Under the pieces are notes generated by a model. The model was not told the origin of the DNA. It saw nothing but the letters and a program-made list of their open reading frames with translations, and ran no database searches. This document shows, piece after piece, positions 21,374 to 35,972 of a DNA stretch of 64,000 nt (within the stretch, counting starts at the first letter, position 1; each line of letters opens with the position of its first letter). The translations under genes were made by a program, and so were the position numbers. The DNA is from Eukaryota sp. GEM-RC1 (lineage: Eukaryota), in assembly GCA_040285855.1 (NCBI GenBank), contig JAUFOQ010000016.1:2170001-2234000 (forward strand), read 5' to 3'.

Positions 21374-24300
21374 TCATCGATTTGTGACAAAGTAACTCTG
21401 AATACCACTGATTTTAGACATGATACCCCCAGGAATCATTTCCAGGAACTCTAAGGTTAAATATTCTTCTTCTCTTAAATCTTTCAGCATGGTTCGAAAA
21501 ACAAAAACATAAGAAATCGAAAGAACTACAATGAACGCAATGAAGACGATCAAAATATAAGTAGAAAAGAACGAAATTCTACTAATTGAGTAACTGTGAA
21601 TGTTATCAATAGCTTCCAGAGATGATTCAGAAAGAGTATCATACTGATCTAATAGATTAGCCATATCAGGACTAGAATTTGAATAATCAATTGAGATATC
21701 TTGAGAGGAAAACAATTCGGCGAAATTAATATAATTAATTAAAAAACCGTGAAGACCATGATTCTCGTCTAAAGAGTCGATAGCTTTAGAGTTCTTGATA
21801 AATTTACTGTCAAAAGTAACTCTGTTTGTTTGAAGTCATTGTCAATATGATTTACAACCAAAGCATGGTGAAGTCGTGTGAGACTATGAAGGGAAATTTT
21901 CGCATTATTTAAATAATGAGCCCGTTGATCTGAATCAACTAACGCAGAAACAACGTCATTTGTAGATCGCGTGATTAGAGCTGATCTAGTGCCATAATCT
22001 TGAATTAATCTAGGTAAAGGTCGAAGTTGAGTAAAACCAATAAGAGATCCAAAGTAAAACATTGACAGAACAATGAATAAAATTGAAAGTGAAACGACAT
22101 ACTGTTTGGTATAATTAACCATGACTGGAAAAGAAATCTTTTGTGTGACATGAGAAGCTTTTAATTTTTGCTTAAGTCCAGATATCAAGATAAAGAAACA
22201 GCACAATACAGTGGAAACAAGCAAACCAACAACTAAATATACTGTGTCTTCTAAATTATGGACAAGTTTGGTATCAAATGGTTGAATAACATTAAGTAAA
22301 GTAATGGTAGTAGAACGACGGATTTCTGCAAAAGAGTCAACTACATCTCTAGTTACAGAGTGGAAGTATTTTGAAGTAAGAACAGCCCTTGACACATTAT
22401 TTAAATATTCAATCTCTTTTGACAAATCGATTTCTGAATTGCTGAGACTATAACCATGAGGCAAATTCCAAGTATTCCGTTCATTTAATGGTAATTGATC
22501 AATATTCCAAGTAATATTAACTAAAGTTGATAACTTATATTCAGGAAGATGATACGTGGCCAATTTAGAAATGATTTGTACACGCTGAATGAATTCCATC
22601 AGTCTATCCTCAATCAAATCTAATTGAGCATTAATTGAATCAATGGCCTTGATCAACGCTGGATGGGAGACAAAGCTTGAGTCAAATGATGCAACATGAT
22701 GACGTAAAATTTGGTACGACTCCTGAGCTGACACAAAATGTTCAAAACTATTTGAGAAAGTCAATTGATCAAATCTTCTACGTAGAAAGTTAAATTGCCA
22801 CTCCACAGCGACAACCATGTCAAAAACTCGTCGAGATTCAATAATGAGTGGAGAAATATCATGAACAAAGACAGATTCTGCAGTAGTGGAGAAGTAAACA
22901 GCTGATGCAATGAGAACGACAAACAAAGCAACAAAGATATACATTAAGAACGCTGCTACTCTTAAACGTTTTCTATTCAAAACTCCAATAGTACTAATAC
23001 CTACAACGATGATTGTGATACTAATAATAGCTGACCAGAAAAAAGGAACTCTGAACTAACACCATTGTAAACTTCACTAATAGAATCAAACAAAGAGTCT
23101 ACTATGGCAATAGCAGTACCTTCAAGTGTGTACAATAGAGAGAGGAAAACTGCAGCTAATCGTGAATTATACTGAGCATTCCTAGCTATATTCAAACGAT
23201 CATCAACTGACCTCTCAAGATCTTGTTCTAGAGAAGAATACCAGAAAACATCGTCATATTCTAATTTGTCTCTGAAATAATTAGTTTCTAATTGAGCGTC
23301 ATAAGTAAAGTCACTAAATCTTGAGCAAAGAGATTCATCAACATCAAAAACAGAACATATTAATCTTCCCGAAATGAACTCTAGTCTTCGAATAGTATTT
23401 GCATAAGTACCAACCTGTGAAATAGACAAGAACTGATCTTCAGTCAACTCAAGAGAAAGAAAACTAGTTAGAGCTCGTTGTCGTCTCCCAGAATGAATTA
23501 AATCAAAGTATTTAAGAAGAAATTGATCGTCACCAAAAGCCGTAAATAACTGCATTGCAGCAGAGACGTCATGGTCAATCAAGGTCACGTCAGCAGCAGT
23601 GTTTCTTGCATCGAGTGCCACAAGAAAATGAGAATTTACATCACTATTACAATCAATAACCTTTAATAAGAGATAGATTGATACACCTCCGATTATCAGA
23701 CATAAAACAGTCAGAGCAATGACTGAAAGATTAACTAAAATAGGCATCGGAACGTGTGTCTTGTCTTTCGTTTCTGAGGAATTAGGCTCTTGTAAATCAA
23801 GCAAAACGTCGTTGTCCATTTTGAGTGAGGTAGATTTATATGGAACTTCACTATCAGAATCATCATCAAACATCGTGGTCATAGAAAAGAAGATTTGGCT
23901 TTACCCTTTTTCTTTCTCATGTAATCAAATTTTGGATCAATCATCAATTTTTGAATTTCTTTTTGAGGAATATACAAGAACAAGTTTAGAATGGCAATTC
24001 GTTCATCAATAATTTTGGTAAATGATTTGGCGAATAGAACAAAACCAATAATTAAAATGACAATTGAAATTAAAACAATCATCAAAATCTGAATATAAAA
24101 CGAAAAACTGAAAAAGAGTCGGAGTCAGAAACTAACCACTCATAGATATTGTCAAGGGCGTTCGAGAATCCATTCAAGCTTCCTCTAATACTAGTTAAAT
24201 GCTCAAAAGTTAAAGAGGTACCAGAAGCCAAAACAGTTCCCGCTCTGGTACTATGTAAAGCATGTGCAAGTCCCAATGTCCAAGCAGAAAGCACTCTAGC

Positions 24301-26648
24301 TTCCTCTAAAGGAGGGACAAAGTTGTGGACAAGAACGACTGGAAATCGCAGTAGTCGCATTTCTATTTGTAAGTCACTAGAAGGAGGTTTGATTGACCTG
24401 GCGTCTGATCTTGGACAAGGAACTTCAGTGTAATCGTCATCAAAAGGATACATTAAAGATAATCTTCTCAAATGAAAAGTTAAATGTTCAGATTCTTTAA
24501 TTAAAACATTGGCAAAATTGTGCGTGTTTTGGTCGTTTAAATTTAAAAACACGCGCCCAGCAGTTAATCCAAGAGATTCAGAAACTGAATGAGCATGTGC
24601 AACTTCATACAATTGATCAATTCTATCTGAAGCTGAAGATAAAACATTAGCGGAAACCAAATAAGAAGCGGCTGCAATGAGAGTCATAATTATAAAGGCA
24701 ACAATTACTGAGAATTGAAGAACAGCAATGGCACTCCTTTTAGACTCTTGATTACCAGAAGTTGTCATTGAGTCTAGATTAAACTTTGAACTTCGTTTGT
24801 TTTTCTTCCTCTTCCCAGATTTTGACACAGTAATTGAACCTGCATAAGAGCTTGCTCCTTGACTTGAGTTTCTGTCACTAGCCGAAAGCAACTGAGCCTG
24901 TTCTTCTAGTACTACAGCACGTTCTTCATCACATTCAACTTCTCTAACATAGGCAGCATAAGAAGTTAGTAGTGATTGTTGATTTCCATGTTGATGAAGT
25001 AATTTAGTAAAACTTGAAACGATTGTTTGTTTACTTTTGTGAACTATTCCTAGAATTGAAGGTAGTAGAGTTAAGTCAACTTTAGGTTTTGATAGTACAG
25101 TCCAAAAGCATATAATCCATCAAGACAATCACGATGAAGATTCGCTAGATGAGTTTGTTGGCGTTGAAAATGAACAAAAGAGGAAGTGTCGACGTCTTGA
25201 CCAGTTGATTGCTGTCTTCTGAGGGCTTCAAGCTGTTGAATTGCACGCCAAATGATGATAGATTCGTCAGGTTTACAGTCAATATCAAGAGTATTGATGG
25301 TACTTATAGTTACCGTCGCACTAATAGGATCTTTCAGAACATGAATTTCAAATAACAATTTTAAACATAAAAACATAACATCACCAGAAAAGAAACGTTC
25401 TCCGAAAGAAAATAGAGACTTTACAGTGGGAGTAAGCGGGTTATTTAAAGGTAGAGGTTGAAGAGCACGTGATAATTGGTCAAAAATGTAGATATTCTTG
25501 ATATTTGTGGCAAAATGAGGAGAAAAATCATAGCTGTCAAGTTCATCACTTGGAGTTCCATCAACAATTAAACCCTTTTCAAGTAGTTCTGCATATATCG
25601 AATATACTTTGAAAAAGATTCTTTTGATACGTATACGCATAATTATATACCAAATCCCGCCAAAAACAACAAAAAATGGAAAGTAAATCATGGAATGAAA
25701 GACATCTTCTTTAAAAGTATCTATTTTAATCAAAGCAGGATAAAGTGCTTCTTTAGAAGGATCCACTTCAATCAAAGAGTTGATGATAAATCCAATTGCA
25801 GTGCCAATCCAAATACCTAACAACGACATGTGTAAAGTATTTGCTGCTATTTTGTAGAAGGAAACGTAGAAGAATAGTTTGTAAGAGAGAAAGAGGGGGA
25901 CCAAGAGATAGGAAACTCTAAAAAGCCAGAATCTGTTATGAAAGATGAAGAAGACAACCAAAATGTATGTAATGGACATTAAGTAAAAGAAGTAGAAGCG
26001 GTTATGAGATCGAGCAAAAGATCTCTTAGATGTGGGTGAGTTGTCATAATAAACAGTCCATAAGAGAGCAAGACAGAACAAGATCACTGAGCCAAGTAGT
26101 CCAAGTGATCTGTAGAAGAGAGAGATAGAGGAGAGACAGTTGCCAGTGACACCTTCTTCAAAAGTGATACCAGCGGGATCAAAAGATCGACCACACGGAA
26201 TCCACGAGAGGAAGTAGGACATCAGTGGAATGTAGAGGGCGATGACAAGAACTTCAAGGGAAGACCGGAGGATGAGGGTGACATGAGACGGAACGGTTGG
26301 GCAGGAACAAACAACAATTAAAAGAACAAAAATCAAAATTAGAGCGGCGAACAACGAGAGCAATACCACTGGCCCTGACACCGTTGTCCAAGAACTGTAA
26401 ATAGGAAGGGAGACTTACTTAAGGATGGGTTCCAGATCGAACACTTCGTGAAACACAGTCTCGCGGAGAACAAACCCCAAAACTTGGATAAACTGCACGA
26501 TTAACAGAACGTATGACCAGAAATTGTGAGGTTTCTTCACAGAGCCATGAGAAGACGCTATACCGAACAGTAGATGTTGAACCCATGTTTGGCGACCATT
26601 GGAGTCTTCAGCAGCTAATCTAGTGGTTGAACCAGAAGCTTGACTCAT
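21374..26648 (-). CDS. TmcB-like large multi-pass membrane protein, paralogue A (frameshifted; one in-frame TAA at 26415-26417)
   Basis: ORF pieces are collinear with and highly similar to paralogue B. N-terminal TM bundle, helical region (H...L..FW..L) typical of TmcB/TmcC-like proteins, further TM pairs. Breaks fall in T-runs. Confidence 0.7.
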
Positions 26649-27781
26649 TGATACTGTAATTACAATGTTGTAAATTGTCCCCGAGATGTTGATGCTATTC
26701 CGATGTCAAATTGATTGATGACCAATCTCTTTCCGTACCTTGACTTGTCCTATGTTTCTCAACTCTTCTTGTGCGAGGATTTCTTCGTCTATCTTTAAAT
26801 GTGTTTTTGGCAAAACTATTTCGAACTTTAGCTGGGATGAATGTGCTAGTTATGCATCTGAGTATTCGACTAGTCTCTGAGTCTTTCCCCCAAGCATTAG
26901 AATGCCGATGGATGAGTCTTTTCAAGTTGCCTAGCTGTCTGATGTCTCGCTTGAATCCATTAACCAAAGATTTGCTCCTTACATCTGTTCGCAGTACACC
27001 GTCCTGTTTTCGATAAGCAAGACTCTATATGTAGTACTCTCAAACATGCAGCATCTACGTCATCTTCTCGTAGGAAGGAATGCCATCGGCACGTTCTCTT
27101 CATTAGCAGATCTTTCCCACTTCCGTGAACTATATTGGACAACACTTTTGTTGGTTTTTGTACTGATTTACTACTTCCAATCGTGAAGCTTTGATACACT
27201 CTCTTTTCCAATCTAACTTTGTGAAGTACATATCTCTAGTACTAATCTCAAATCTTAAGTACAAGAACCGATCTACTTTACGAATATGTGTGGTATAGAT
27301 ATCGATAAGTTTTAGCGTTAAACAACTACATGTACGTGTAGTAGATGCATGAACTGAACATCAGTATAGCGAAAATATTTGTTAATATTATTCTGTAATT
27401 GTATTTCTTTAGAAAAACGGGGTTTATGATCAGTCAGTGAAATAAATGCATTCGCAGAAGTTAATAACTAACAGACACTAATTAAAGTATCTTTAGTATT
27501 TAATTTGTTTCTGAAAAATATGTGTCTAAAGCATAAATAGATTGAAACCCACAGTTTTCTTTTTCCTCAGTAATTACCGGGTCCGATTGTTCAGTGTAAA
27601 ATACAGAAATGGATGTAAACGGACGGTTCGTTAACACCCACAATGACGAATTTCATTGCTAATAGAAGGATGGGAAATCTTTTGACTCACGAAGAATCGT
27701 ACAATGGAGAAGATCAACATGTACTAGTAGTAGAATCCAACTTCAAAAGAAGTACATGTAAAGTCTTTACCTTATAATCTT

Positions 27782-29258
27782 ATGCCTTTTACCATCGCTG
27801 ACGATGAAGTGTCGTACACTCCATGGGTCAATTGGCAGGAGTGGCTCTCTGTTTATCGTCTTCTTTTTGCTTCTGATACCTCTTCCGTTTCTGACGGACT
27901 AGACATTGTTGTCATTTGGATGAATCGTGGTAATTGTCCAGGAGCTGTCGAATGTACTATGTCACTCTTACAAGCTCTTAACTCCCACTCTGATTCCACC
28001 ACTTCAGGAATCTCTCTAGCCTTGTTTTCACATGCCCTTTCTCGCCTTTCAACGTGTGTACTAGATTCTGAACAGTCAACTCGTGCCAGGTCTCTCCCTG
28101 CTATCGCCTCTGATATTGGATTCCCCCCTGCAAGTTGTGGATCTTCGTCATTCAATTGTTCATGCTACCATCCCGTCTCTCCGTGCTATGCAACACGCTG
28201 CTGAGATGGGATTGAAGTGGCTGAAGGAAAACTATTGGGATTGTCAAAGAGATGTTCTACTGCAGGGAAAATCTGAACTTGATGACGTCATATCCCTCTT
28301 CAGTCAATCAATCTCACGAGCACGATCAGTCACTGGGGAAAAACCAGCTGTAAATGAGTCTATAAATAAAGTGATTGATGATCTTTTAAATCTTCCGATT
28401 AAAGATCTGTTGACTAATGATCTCTTCCATCTACTTTTTGATCCCCGTTTTGAGCTTATGACCTGTTCGTCACGTCATCCTTGTCCACGTCGACTTCTTG
28501 TTCAACCGCTTTTATATTTTCTACATCAATTGAACAATCGAATTTCTTATTTTACCGAATATTTAATTCTTTTTGGTGTTAAATTTGTTGTTTCACTAAT
28601 GTCGCAAGCTTCGGAGAATTACTTAAATTATTGTAATAATTTAACAATGTTGTTATCTCATTTAGTTTCTATCAATATTTTATCACCAAAGTATAAGTTT
28701 TTGGTTATTCCCTGTTCATGCATGAAATGTCAAGAGGTTTCTGAAAAATCACATTCGCTAAAGTCCTCTGCTGATTTAGGAAAGAGTTTTCTCCGACAGT
28801 CCACCATTGACCAATGCCTATCAATTTTGATTGGAAGCAAGTTCATCACTAATGATGGAGTACTATCACTAACCAAAAAATTCTGTGCTCTGAGTGCTGA
28901 TTCAAAGGCCAAAATGTTTGCTTCTAAGTTGGTCTCTGTGTTTGAATCATACCCCACTCAAAAGGAAAAAGATTTTGACTATGATTTGTACATCAATTTC
29001 TCTCAATCAAAACGTAGAAATTGGAGAAAGTCGAATAGTTGGAGTCCTAGTCCATTTGGTTCTTTACATTCTACACTTCCCTTGTCAGTTGCTAGTGTTT
29101 TTAGTTCTTCTTCTCTTGGTCATGCTTCAGAGGAAGTGATGATGGAAGATGTAGTAGATTTGAGTGCACAGGAAGGAGATCAACCGGTTGTAGAGCCTTG
29201 TGGTTTTAGTTTTGATTCGTCTGCTCTTGTTTTGCAAGAGTTTTCATCCGAACTCTAG
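27782..29258 (+). CDS. LAS1: Las1 pre-rRNA endoribonuclease (one frameshift in a C-run at ~28123-28128)
   Basis: TPWVNWQEW, W..RG..P.AVE.T, G.P..VVDLRHSIVH...PSL (HEPN R....H), WL...YW, and C-terminal W.P.PFG.L. Confidence 0.85.
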
Positions 29259-30692
29259 TTTTGCTTAGTTTTTTATTTTAGATATTTGTTGACTGGAAAT
29301 GTCTTTTACTTTCAACACATAACCATTATTCTTTTCATTTTGTACCGCTTTCTTTGATTATACAACATTGATTTCATTGCACTAGCGTTTCGCCGTGTCT
29401 TTACTACGAGTTTTTGGCTTGTTTACAAGTGTCAAAATATGCTTCATACATTGTATTTTGAAAATAGTGATAGTTTCATAGAAAAATACAAACCGTCCAT
29501 AAAATCTATCATACCTTCTACAGCAGCTGTATTCAGTGTTTGATTATTGTAAATGGACACTCAACGACCAAAAGGTCAGTGTGCATTCGGTATTGATGCT
29601 ATACGATAGACACTGCTTGATCAGTACTGTGCAAGAATCCGTTCGCAACGACCGCAAACTGTGCAGATCGTATGAACAGTGATAATCTCTTCGTCTAAAG
29701 TGGATGAAGGAAAGATTGGTGACGTCATCACTTCATTTAATGAAAACGCAATTTTGCAATGCATTCTTCTTGTTCTTGTTGCTTATTGTATGTTTATTGT
29801 TCCTTTGCATCTGTGATGATCTATTCTTTCCCCGTCTAATCGACTATGTTGACATTTCGGACAAGCCAATTACATTGCTGATGCTTCAGCTTATCGCTTT
29901 CTTACCACAGTTTTCTATTGACATCCAACACTCCGAAACTGTTCATTCAGTTAGCCATCAGCGTTTGTACCAATAAAATTTGTCATTCACAACACTTTTC
30001 TCTTTCTGTAAATCATCTGAACAACCACAACTGTGTATCAAAGAGGTATCCGTCTCAACATTGTGGTTGGAAGCTGTTGCTTCCAGACTGTGTTGTAACA
30101 TGGTTCTCTAGTGCTTCGTTCACCCAGTTCGTAGACCGATATTGAAACCATTTGATACATCATGTGTTTAATACTAGTACATTTGTTTCTCTTCTATTCT
30201 TATACCCGGAGTTAATATCACTCCACTAACGTTCATACATTCAGTCTTTAAAAAGAGATCTTTCTGACATAAAGAACATTGGACAACAAATTGATTTGAT
30301 TTACATGTAGCAGCAGTAGCAGTGATGAACAAAAGTTCTTTTATACTTCCTTTTAGAAGACATGACTGTGCATTCCCCAAAAACAAAAGGAAAAAAAAGC
30401 TTTGCCTACAGATCTGAGAAGAGACAAAATATCAGATGAATAACCATTTTGGGGGAAAGACTGATAGAATACTCAACTACAATACATTTCGAAAAACACT
30501 TTCCAGCCTAGGTAAAGTTCGAAATAGTTTTGCTAAACATCACATTTGAAGAAAGAAAAAGTAGCTTGCGATCGAGAAGAGACATAAGACAAGGACCTGG
30601 AAAGAGGTTTTGAGGGCACGGAAAGAAGAACTGGCCATCAATCAATTTGATGTGAAGATAACATCAACTTCGGCATTGTAATTACAATATCA

Positions 30693-33600
30693 ATGAGTGA
30701 AGCTTCTGGTTCAACCACTAGGTTAGCCGCCGAAGACTCTAAGGGTCGCCAATCATGGGTTCAACGTCTGCTGTTCGGTATAGTGTCTTCTCATAGTGCT
30801 GTGAAGAAACCTCACAATTTCTGGTCTTACGTACTGTTAATCGTCCAGTTTATCCAAATACTGGGGTTTGTTCTCCGCGAGACGGTGTTTCATGAAGCAC
30901 TTGATCTGGAACCCGTCCTTAAGTATGTATCTCTTCCTATTTATAGTTCTTGGCGAACGTTGTCAGGTCCAGCAGTTTTACTCTTGTTGTTTACCCTTCT
31001 GATTTTGATTTTTATTCTTTTAGTTGTTGTTTGTTTCTGCGCAACTATTCCCCATCATGTCACCCTCATCCTCCGGTCTTCCCTTGAAGTTCTTGTCATC
31101 GCCCTCTACATTCCACTGATGTCCTACTTCCTCTCGTGGATTCCGTGTGGTCGATCTTTTGATCCCGCTGGTATCACTTTTGAAGAAGGTGTCACTGGCA
31201 ACTGTCTCTCCTCCATCTCTCTCTTCTACAGATTACTTGGACTACTTGGCTCAGTGATCTTGTTCTGTCTTGCTCTCTTATGGACTGTTTATTATGACAA
31301 CTCACCCACATCTAAGAGATCTTTTGCTCGATCTCATAACCGCTTCTACTTCTTTTACTTAATGTCCATTACCTACATTTTGGTTGTCTTCTTCATCTTT
31401 CATAGTAGATTCTGGCTCTTTAGAGTTTCCTATCTCTTGGTCCCCCTCTTTCTCTCTTACAAACTATTCTTCTACGTATCTTTCTACAAAATAGCAGCAA
31501 ATACTTTACACATGTCGTTGTTAGGTATTTGGATTGGCACTGCAATTGGATTTATCATCAACTCTTTGATTGAAGTGGATCCTTCAAAAGAAGCACTTTA
31601 TCCTGCTTTGGTTAAAATAGATACTTTTAAAGAAGATGTCTTTCATTCCATGATTTACTTTCCATTTTTTGTTGTTTTTGGCGGGATTTGGTATATAATT
31701 ATGCGTATACGTATCAAAAGAATCTTTTTCAAAGTATATTCGATATATGCAGAACAATTTGAAAAAGGTTTAATTGTTGATGGAACTCCAAATGATGAAC
31801 TTGACATCTATGATTTTTCTCCTCATTTTGCCACAAATATCAAGAATATCTACATTTTTGACCAATTATCACGTGCTCTTCAGCCTCTACCTTTAAATAA
31901 CCCGCTTACTCCCACTGTAAAGTCTCTATATTCTTTCGGAGAACGTTTCTTTTCTGGTGATGTTATGTTTTTATGTTTAAAATTGTTATTTGAAATTCAT
32001 ATTCTGAAGGATCCTATAAGTGCGACGGTAACTATAAGTACCATCAATACTCTTGATATTGACTGTAAACCTGACGAATCTATCATCATTTGGCGTGCAA
32101 TTCAACAGCTTGAAGCCCTCAGAAGACAGCAATCAACTGGTCAAGACGTCGACACTTCCTCTTTTGTTCATTTTCAACGCCAACAAACTCATCTAGCGAA
32201 TCTTCATCGTGATTGTCTTGATGGATTATATGCTTTTTGGACTGTACTATCAAAACCTAAAGTGGACTTAACTCTACTACCTTCAATTCTAGGAATAGTT
32301 CACAAAAGTAAACAAACAATTGTTTCAAGTTTTACTAAATTACTTCATCAACATGGAAATCAACAGACATTACTTACTTCTTATGCTGCCTATGTTAGAG
32401 AAGTTGAATGTGATGAAGAACGTGCTGTTGTACTAGAAGAACAGGCTCAGTTGCTTTCCGCTAGCGACAGAAATTCAAGTCAAGGAGCTAGCTCTTATGC
32501 AGGTTCAATTACTGTGTCAAAATCTGGGAAGAGGAAGAAAAAACAAACGAAGTTCAAAGTTTAATCTAGACTCAATGACAACTTCTGGTAATCAAGAATC
32601 TAAAAAAAGTGCCATTGCTCTTCTCCAGTTCTCAGTTATTGTTGCCTTTATAATTATGACTCTCATTGCTGCTGCTTCTTATTTGGTTTCTGCTAATGTT
32701 TTATCTTCAGCTTCAGATAGAATTGATCAATTGTATGAAGTTGCACATGCTCATTCAGTTTCTGAATCTCTTGGATTAACTGCTGGGCGCGTGTTTTTAA
32801 ATTTAAACGACCAAAACACGCACAATTTTGCCAATGTTTTAATTAAAGAATCTGAACATTTAACTTTTCATTTGAGAAGATTATCTTTAATGTATCCTTT
32901 TGATGACGATTACACTGAAGTTCCTTGTCCAAGATCAGACGCCAGGTCAATCAAACCTCCTTCTAGTGACTTACAAATAGAAATGCGACTACTGCGATTT
33001 CCAGTCGTTCTTGTCCACAACTTTGTCCCTCCTTTAGAGGAAGCTAGAGTGCTTTCTGCTTGGACATTGGGACTTGCACATGCTTTACATAGTACCAGAG
33101 CGGGAACTGTTTTGGCTTCTGGTACCTCTTTAACTTTTGAGCATTTAACTAGTATTAGAGGAAGCTTGAATGGATTCTCGAACGCCCTTGACAATATCTA
33201 TGAGTGGTTAGTTTCTGACTCCGACTCTTTTTTCAGTTTTTCGTTTTATATTCAGATTTTAATGAATGTTTTAATTTCAATTGTCATTTTAATTATCGGT
33301 TTTGTTCTATTCGCCAAATCATTCACCAAAATTACTGATGAACGAATTGCCATATTAAATCTGTTTTTGTATATTCCACAGAAAGAAATTCAAAAATTGA
33401 TGCTTGATCCAAAATTTGATTACATGAGGAAGAAAAAGGGTAAAGCCAAATCTTCTTTTTCTATGACCACGATGTTTGATGATGATTCTGATAGTGAAGT
33501 TCCATATAAATCTACCTCACTCAAAATGGACAACGACGTTTTGCTTGATTTACAAGAGACCAATTCCGAAGAAACTAAAGACAAGACACACGTTCCACTT

Positions 33601-35972
33601 CCTATTTTAGTTAATGTTTCAGTCATTGCTTTGACTGTTTTATGTCTGATAATCGGAGGTGCATCAATCTATCTCTTATTAAAGGTTATTGATTGTAATA
33701 TTGATGTTAATTCTCATTTTCTTGTGGCACTCGATGCAAGAAACACTGCTGCTGACGTGACCTTGATTGACCATGACGTGTCTGCTGCAATGCAGTTATT
33801 TACTGCATTTGGTGACGATCAATTTCTTCTTAAATATTTTGATTTAATTCATTCTGGAAGACGGCAACGAGCTCTAACTAGTTTTCTTTCTCTTGAGTTG
33901 ACTGAAGATCAGTTCTTGTCTATTTCACAGGTTGGTACTTATGCAAATACTGTTCGAAGACTAGAATTCATTTCTGGAAGATTAATATGTTCTGTTTTTG
34001 ATGTTGATGAATCTCTTTGCTCAAGATTTAGTGACTTTACTTATGACGCTCAATTAGAAACTAACTATTTCAGAGACAAATTAGAATATGACGATGTTTT
34101 CTGGTATTCTACTTTAGAACAAGACCTTGAGAGGTCAGTGGACGATCGTTTGAATATAGCTAGGAATGCTCAGTACAATTCACGATTAGCTGCAGTTTTC
34201 CTCTCTCTATTGTACACACTTGAAGGCACTGCTATTGCCATTGTAGACTCTTTGTTTGATTCTATTAGTGAAGTTTATAATGGTGTCAGTTCAGAGTTCC
34301 TTTTTTCTGGTCAGCTATTATTAGTATCACAATCATCGTTGTAGGTATTAGTACTATTGGAGTTTTGAATAGAAAACGTTTAAGAGTAGCAGCGTTCTTA
34401 ATGTATGGATTTGTTGCTTTGTTTGTCGTTCTCATTGCATCATCTGTTTACTTCTCCACTACTGCAAAATCTGTCTTTGTTCACGATATTTCTCCACTCA
34501 TTATTGAATCTCGAAGAGTTTTTGACAGGGTTGTCGCTGTGGAGTGGCAATTCAACTTTCTACGACGAAGATTTGATCAATTGACTTTCTCAAATAGCTT
34601 TGAACATTTTGTATCAGCTCAGGAGTCGTACCAAATCTTACGTCATCATGTTGCATCATTTGACTCAAGCTTTGTCTCCCATCCAGCGTTGATCAAGGCT
34701 ATTGATTCAATTAACAACCAATTAGATTTGATTGAGGATAGATTGATGGAATTCATTCAGCGTGTACAAATCATTGCTAAATTGGCCACGTATCACCTTC
34801 CTGAATATAAGTTGTCAACTTTAGTTAATATTACTTGGAATATTGATGAGTTACCATTAAATGAACGAAATACTTGGAATTTACCTCATGGTTTTAGTCT
34901 CAGCAATTCAGAAATCGATTTGTCAAAAGATGTTGAATATTTAAACAATGTGTCCAGGGCTGTTCTTACTTCTAAATACTTCCACTCTTTAACTAGAGAT
35001 GTAGTTGATTCTTTTGCAGAAATCCGTCGTTCTACTACCATTACTTTACTTAATGTAATTAACCCATTTGATACGAAGCTTGTCGATAATTTAGAAGTCA
35101 CAGTATATTTAGTTGTTGGTTTGCTTGTTTCCACTGTATTGTGCTGTTTCTTTATCGTGTTATCTGGACTTAAGCAAAAATTAAAAGCTTCTCATGTCAA
35201 ACAAAAGATTTCTTTTCCAGTCATGGTTAATTATACCAAACAGTATGTCGTTTCACTTTCAATTTTATTCATTGTTATATCAATGTTTTATTTTGGTTCT
35301 CTTATTGGTTTTACTCAACTTCGTCCTTTACCTAGATTAATTCAAGATTATGGCACTAGATCAGCTCTAATCACGCGATCTACAAATGACGTTGTTTCTG
35401 CGTTAGTTGATTCAGATCAACGAGTTCATTATTTAAATAATGCGAAAATTTCCCTTCACAGTCTCACACGACTTCACCATGCTTTGGTTGTAAATCATAT
35501 TGACAATGACTTCAAACAAACAGAGTTGCTTTTTGACAGTAAATTTATCAAGAATTCTAAAACTATCGACTCTTTAGACGAGAATCATGGTCTTCACAGT
35601 TTTTTAATTAATTATATTAATTTCGCCGAATTGTTTTCCACTCACGATATCTCTATAGATTATTCAAGTTCTAGTCCTGATATGGCTAATCTATTAGATC
35701 AGTATGATACTCTTTCTGAATCATCTCTGGAAGCTATTGATAATATCCACAGTTACTCAATTAGTAGAATTTCCTTCTTTTCTACTTATATTTTGATCGT
35801 CTTCATTGCGTTCATTGTAGTTCTTTCGATTTCATATGTTTTTGTTTTTCGAACCATGCTGAAAGATTTAAGAGAAGAAGAATATTTAACCCTAGAGTTC
35901 CTGGAAATGATTCCTGAAGGTATTATGTCCAAAATCAGTGGTGTTCAGAGTTATTTTGTCACTAATCGATGA
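30693..35972 (+). CDS. TmcB-like large multi-pass membrane protein, paralogue B (~1760 aa; two homopolymer frameshifts)
   Basis: ORFs 30693-32564, 32497-34344 and 34365-35972 join by +/-1 changes in an A-run (~32540) and a T-run (~34301). Confidence 0.75.

Noticed and set aside
8461..26417. TAA reassigned to a sense codon
   Set aside because: The Rab TAA lies in an intron and the TmcB TAA is an isolated case. Long genes contain no internal TAA/TAG, and TAA ends the P-loop gene.
26695..27211. Short ORFs upstream of TmcB paralogue A
   Set aside because: No recognisable motifs; the homologous flank of paralogue B is broken by indels.
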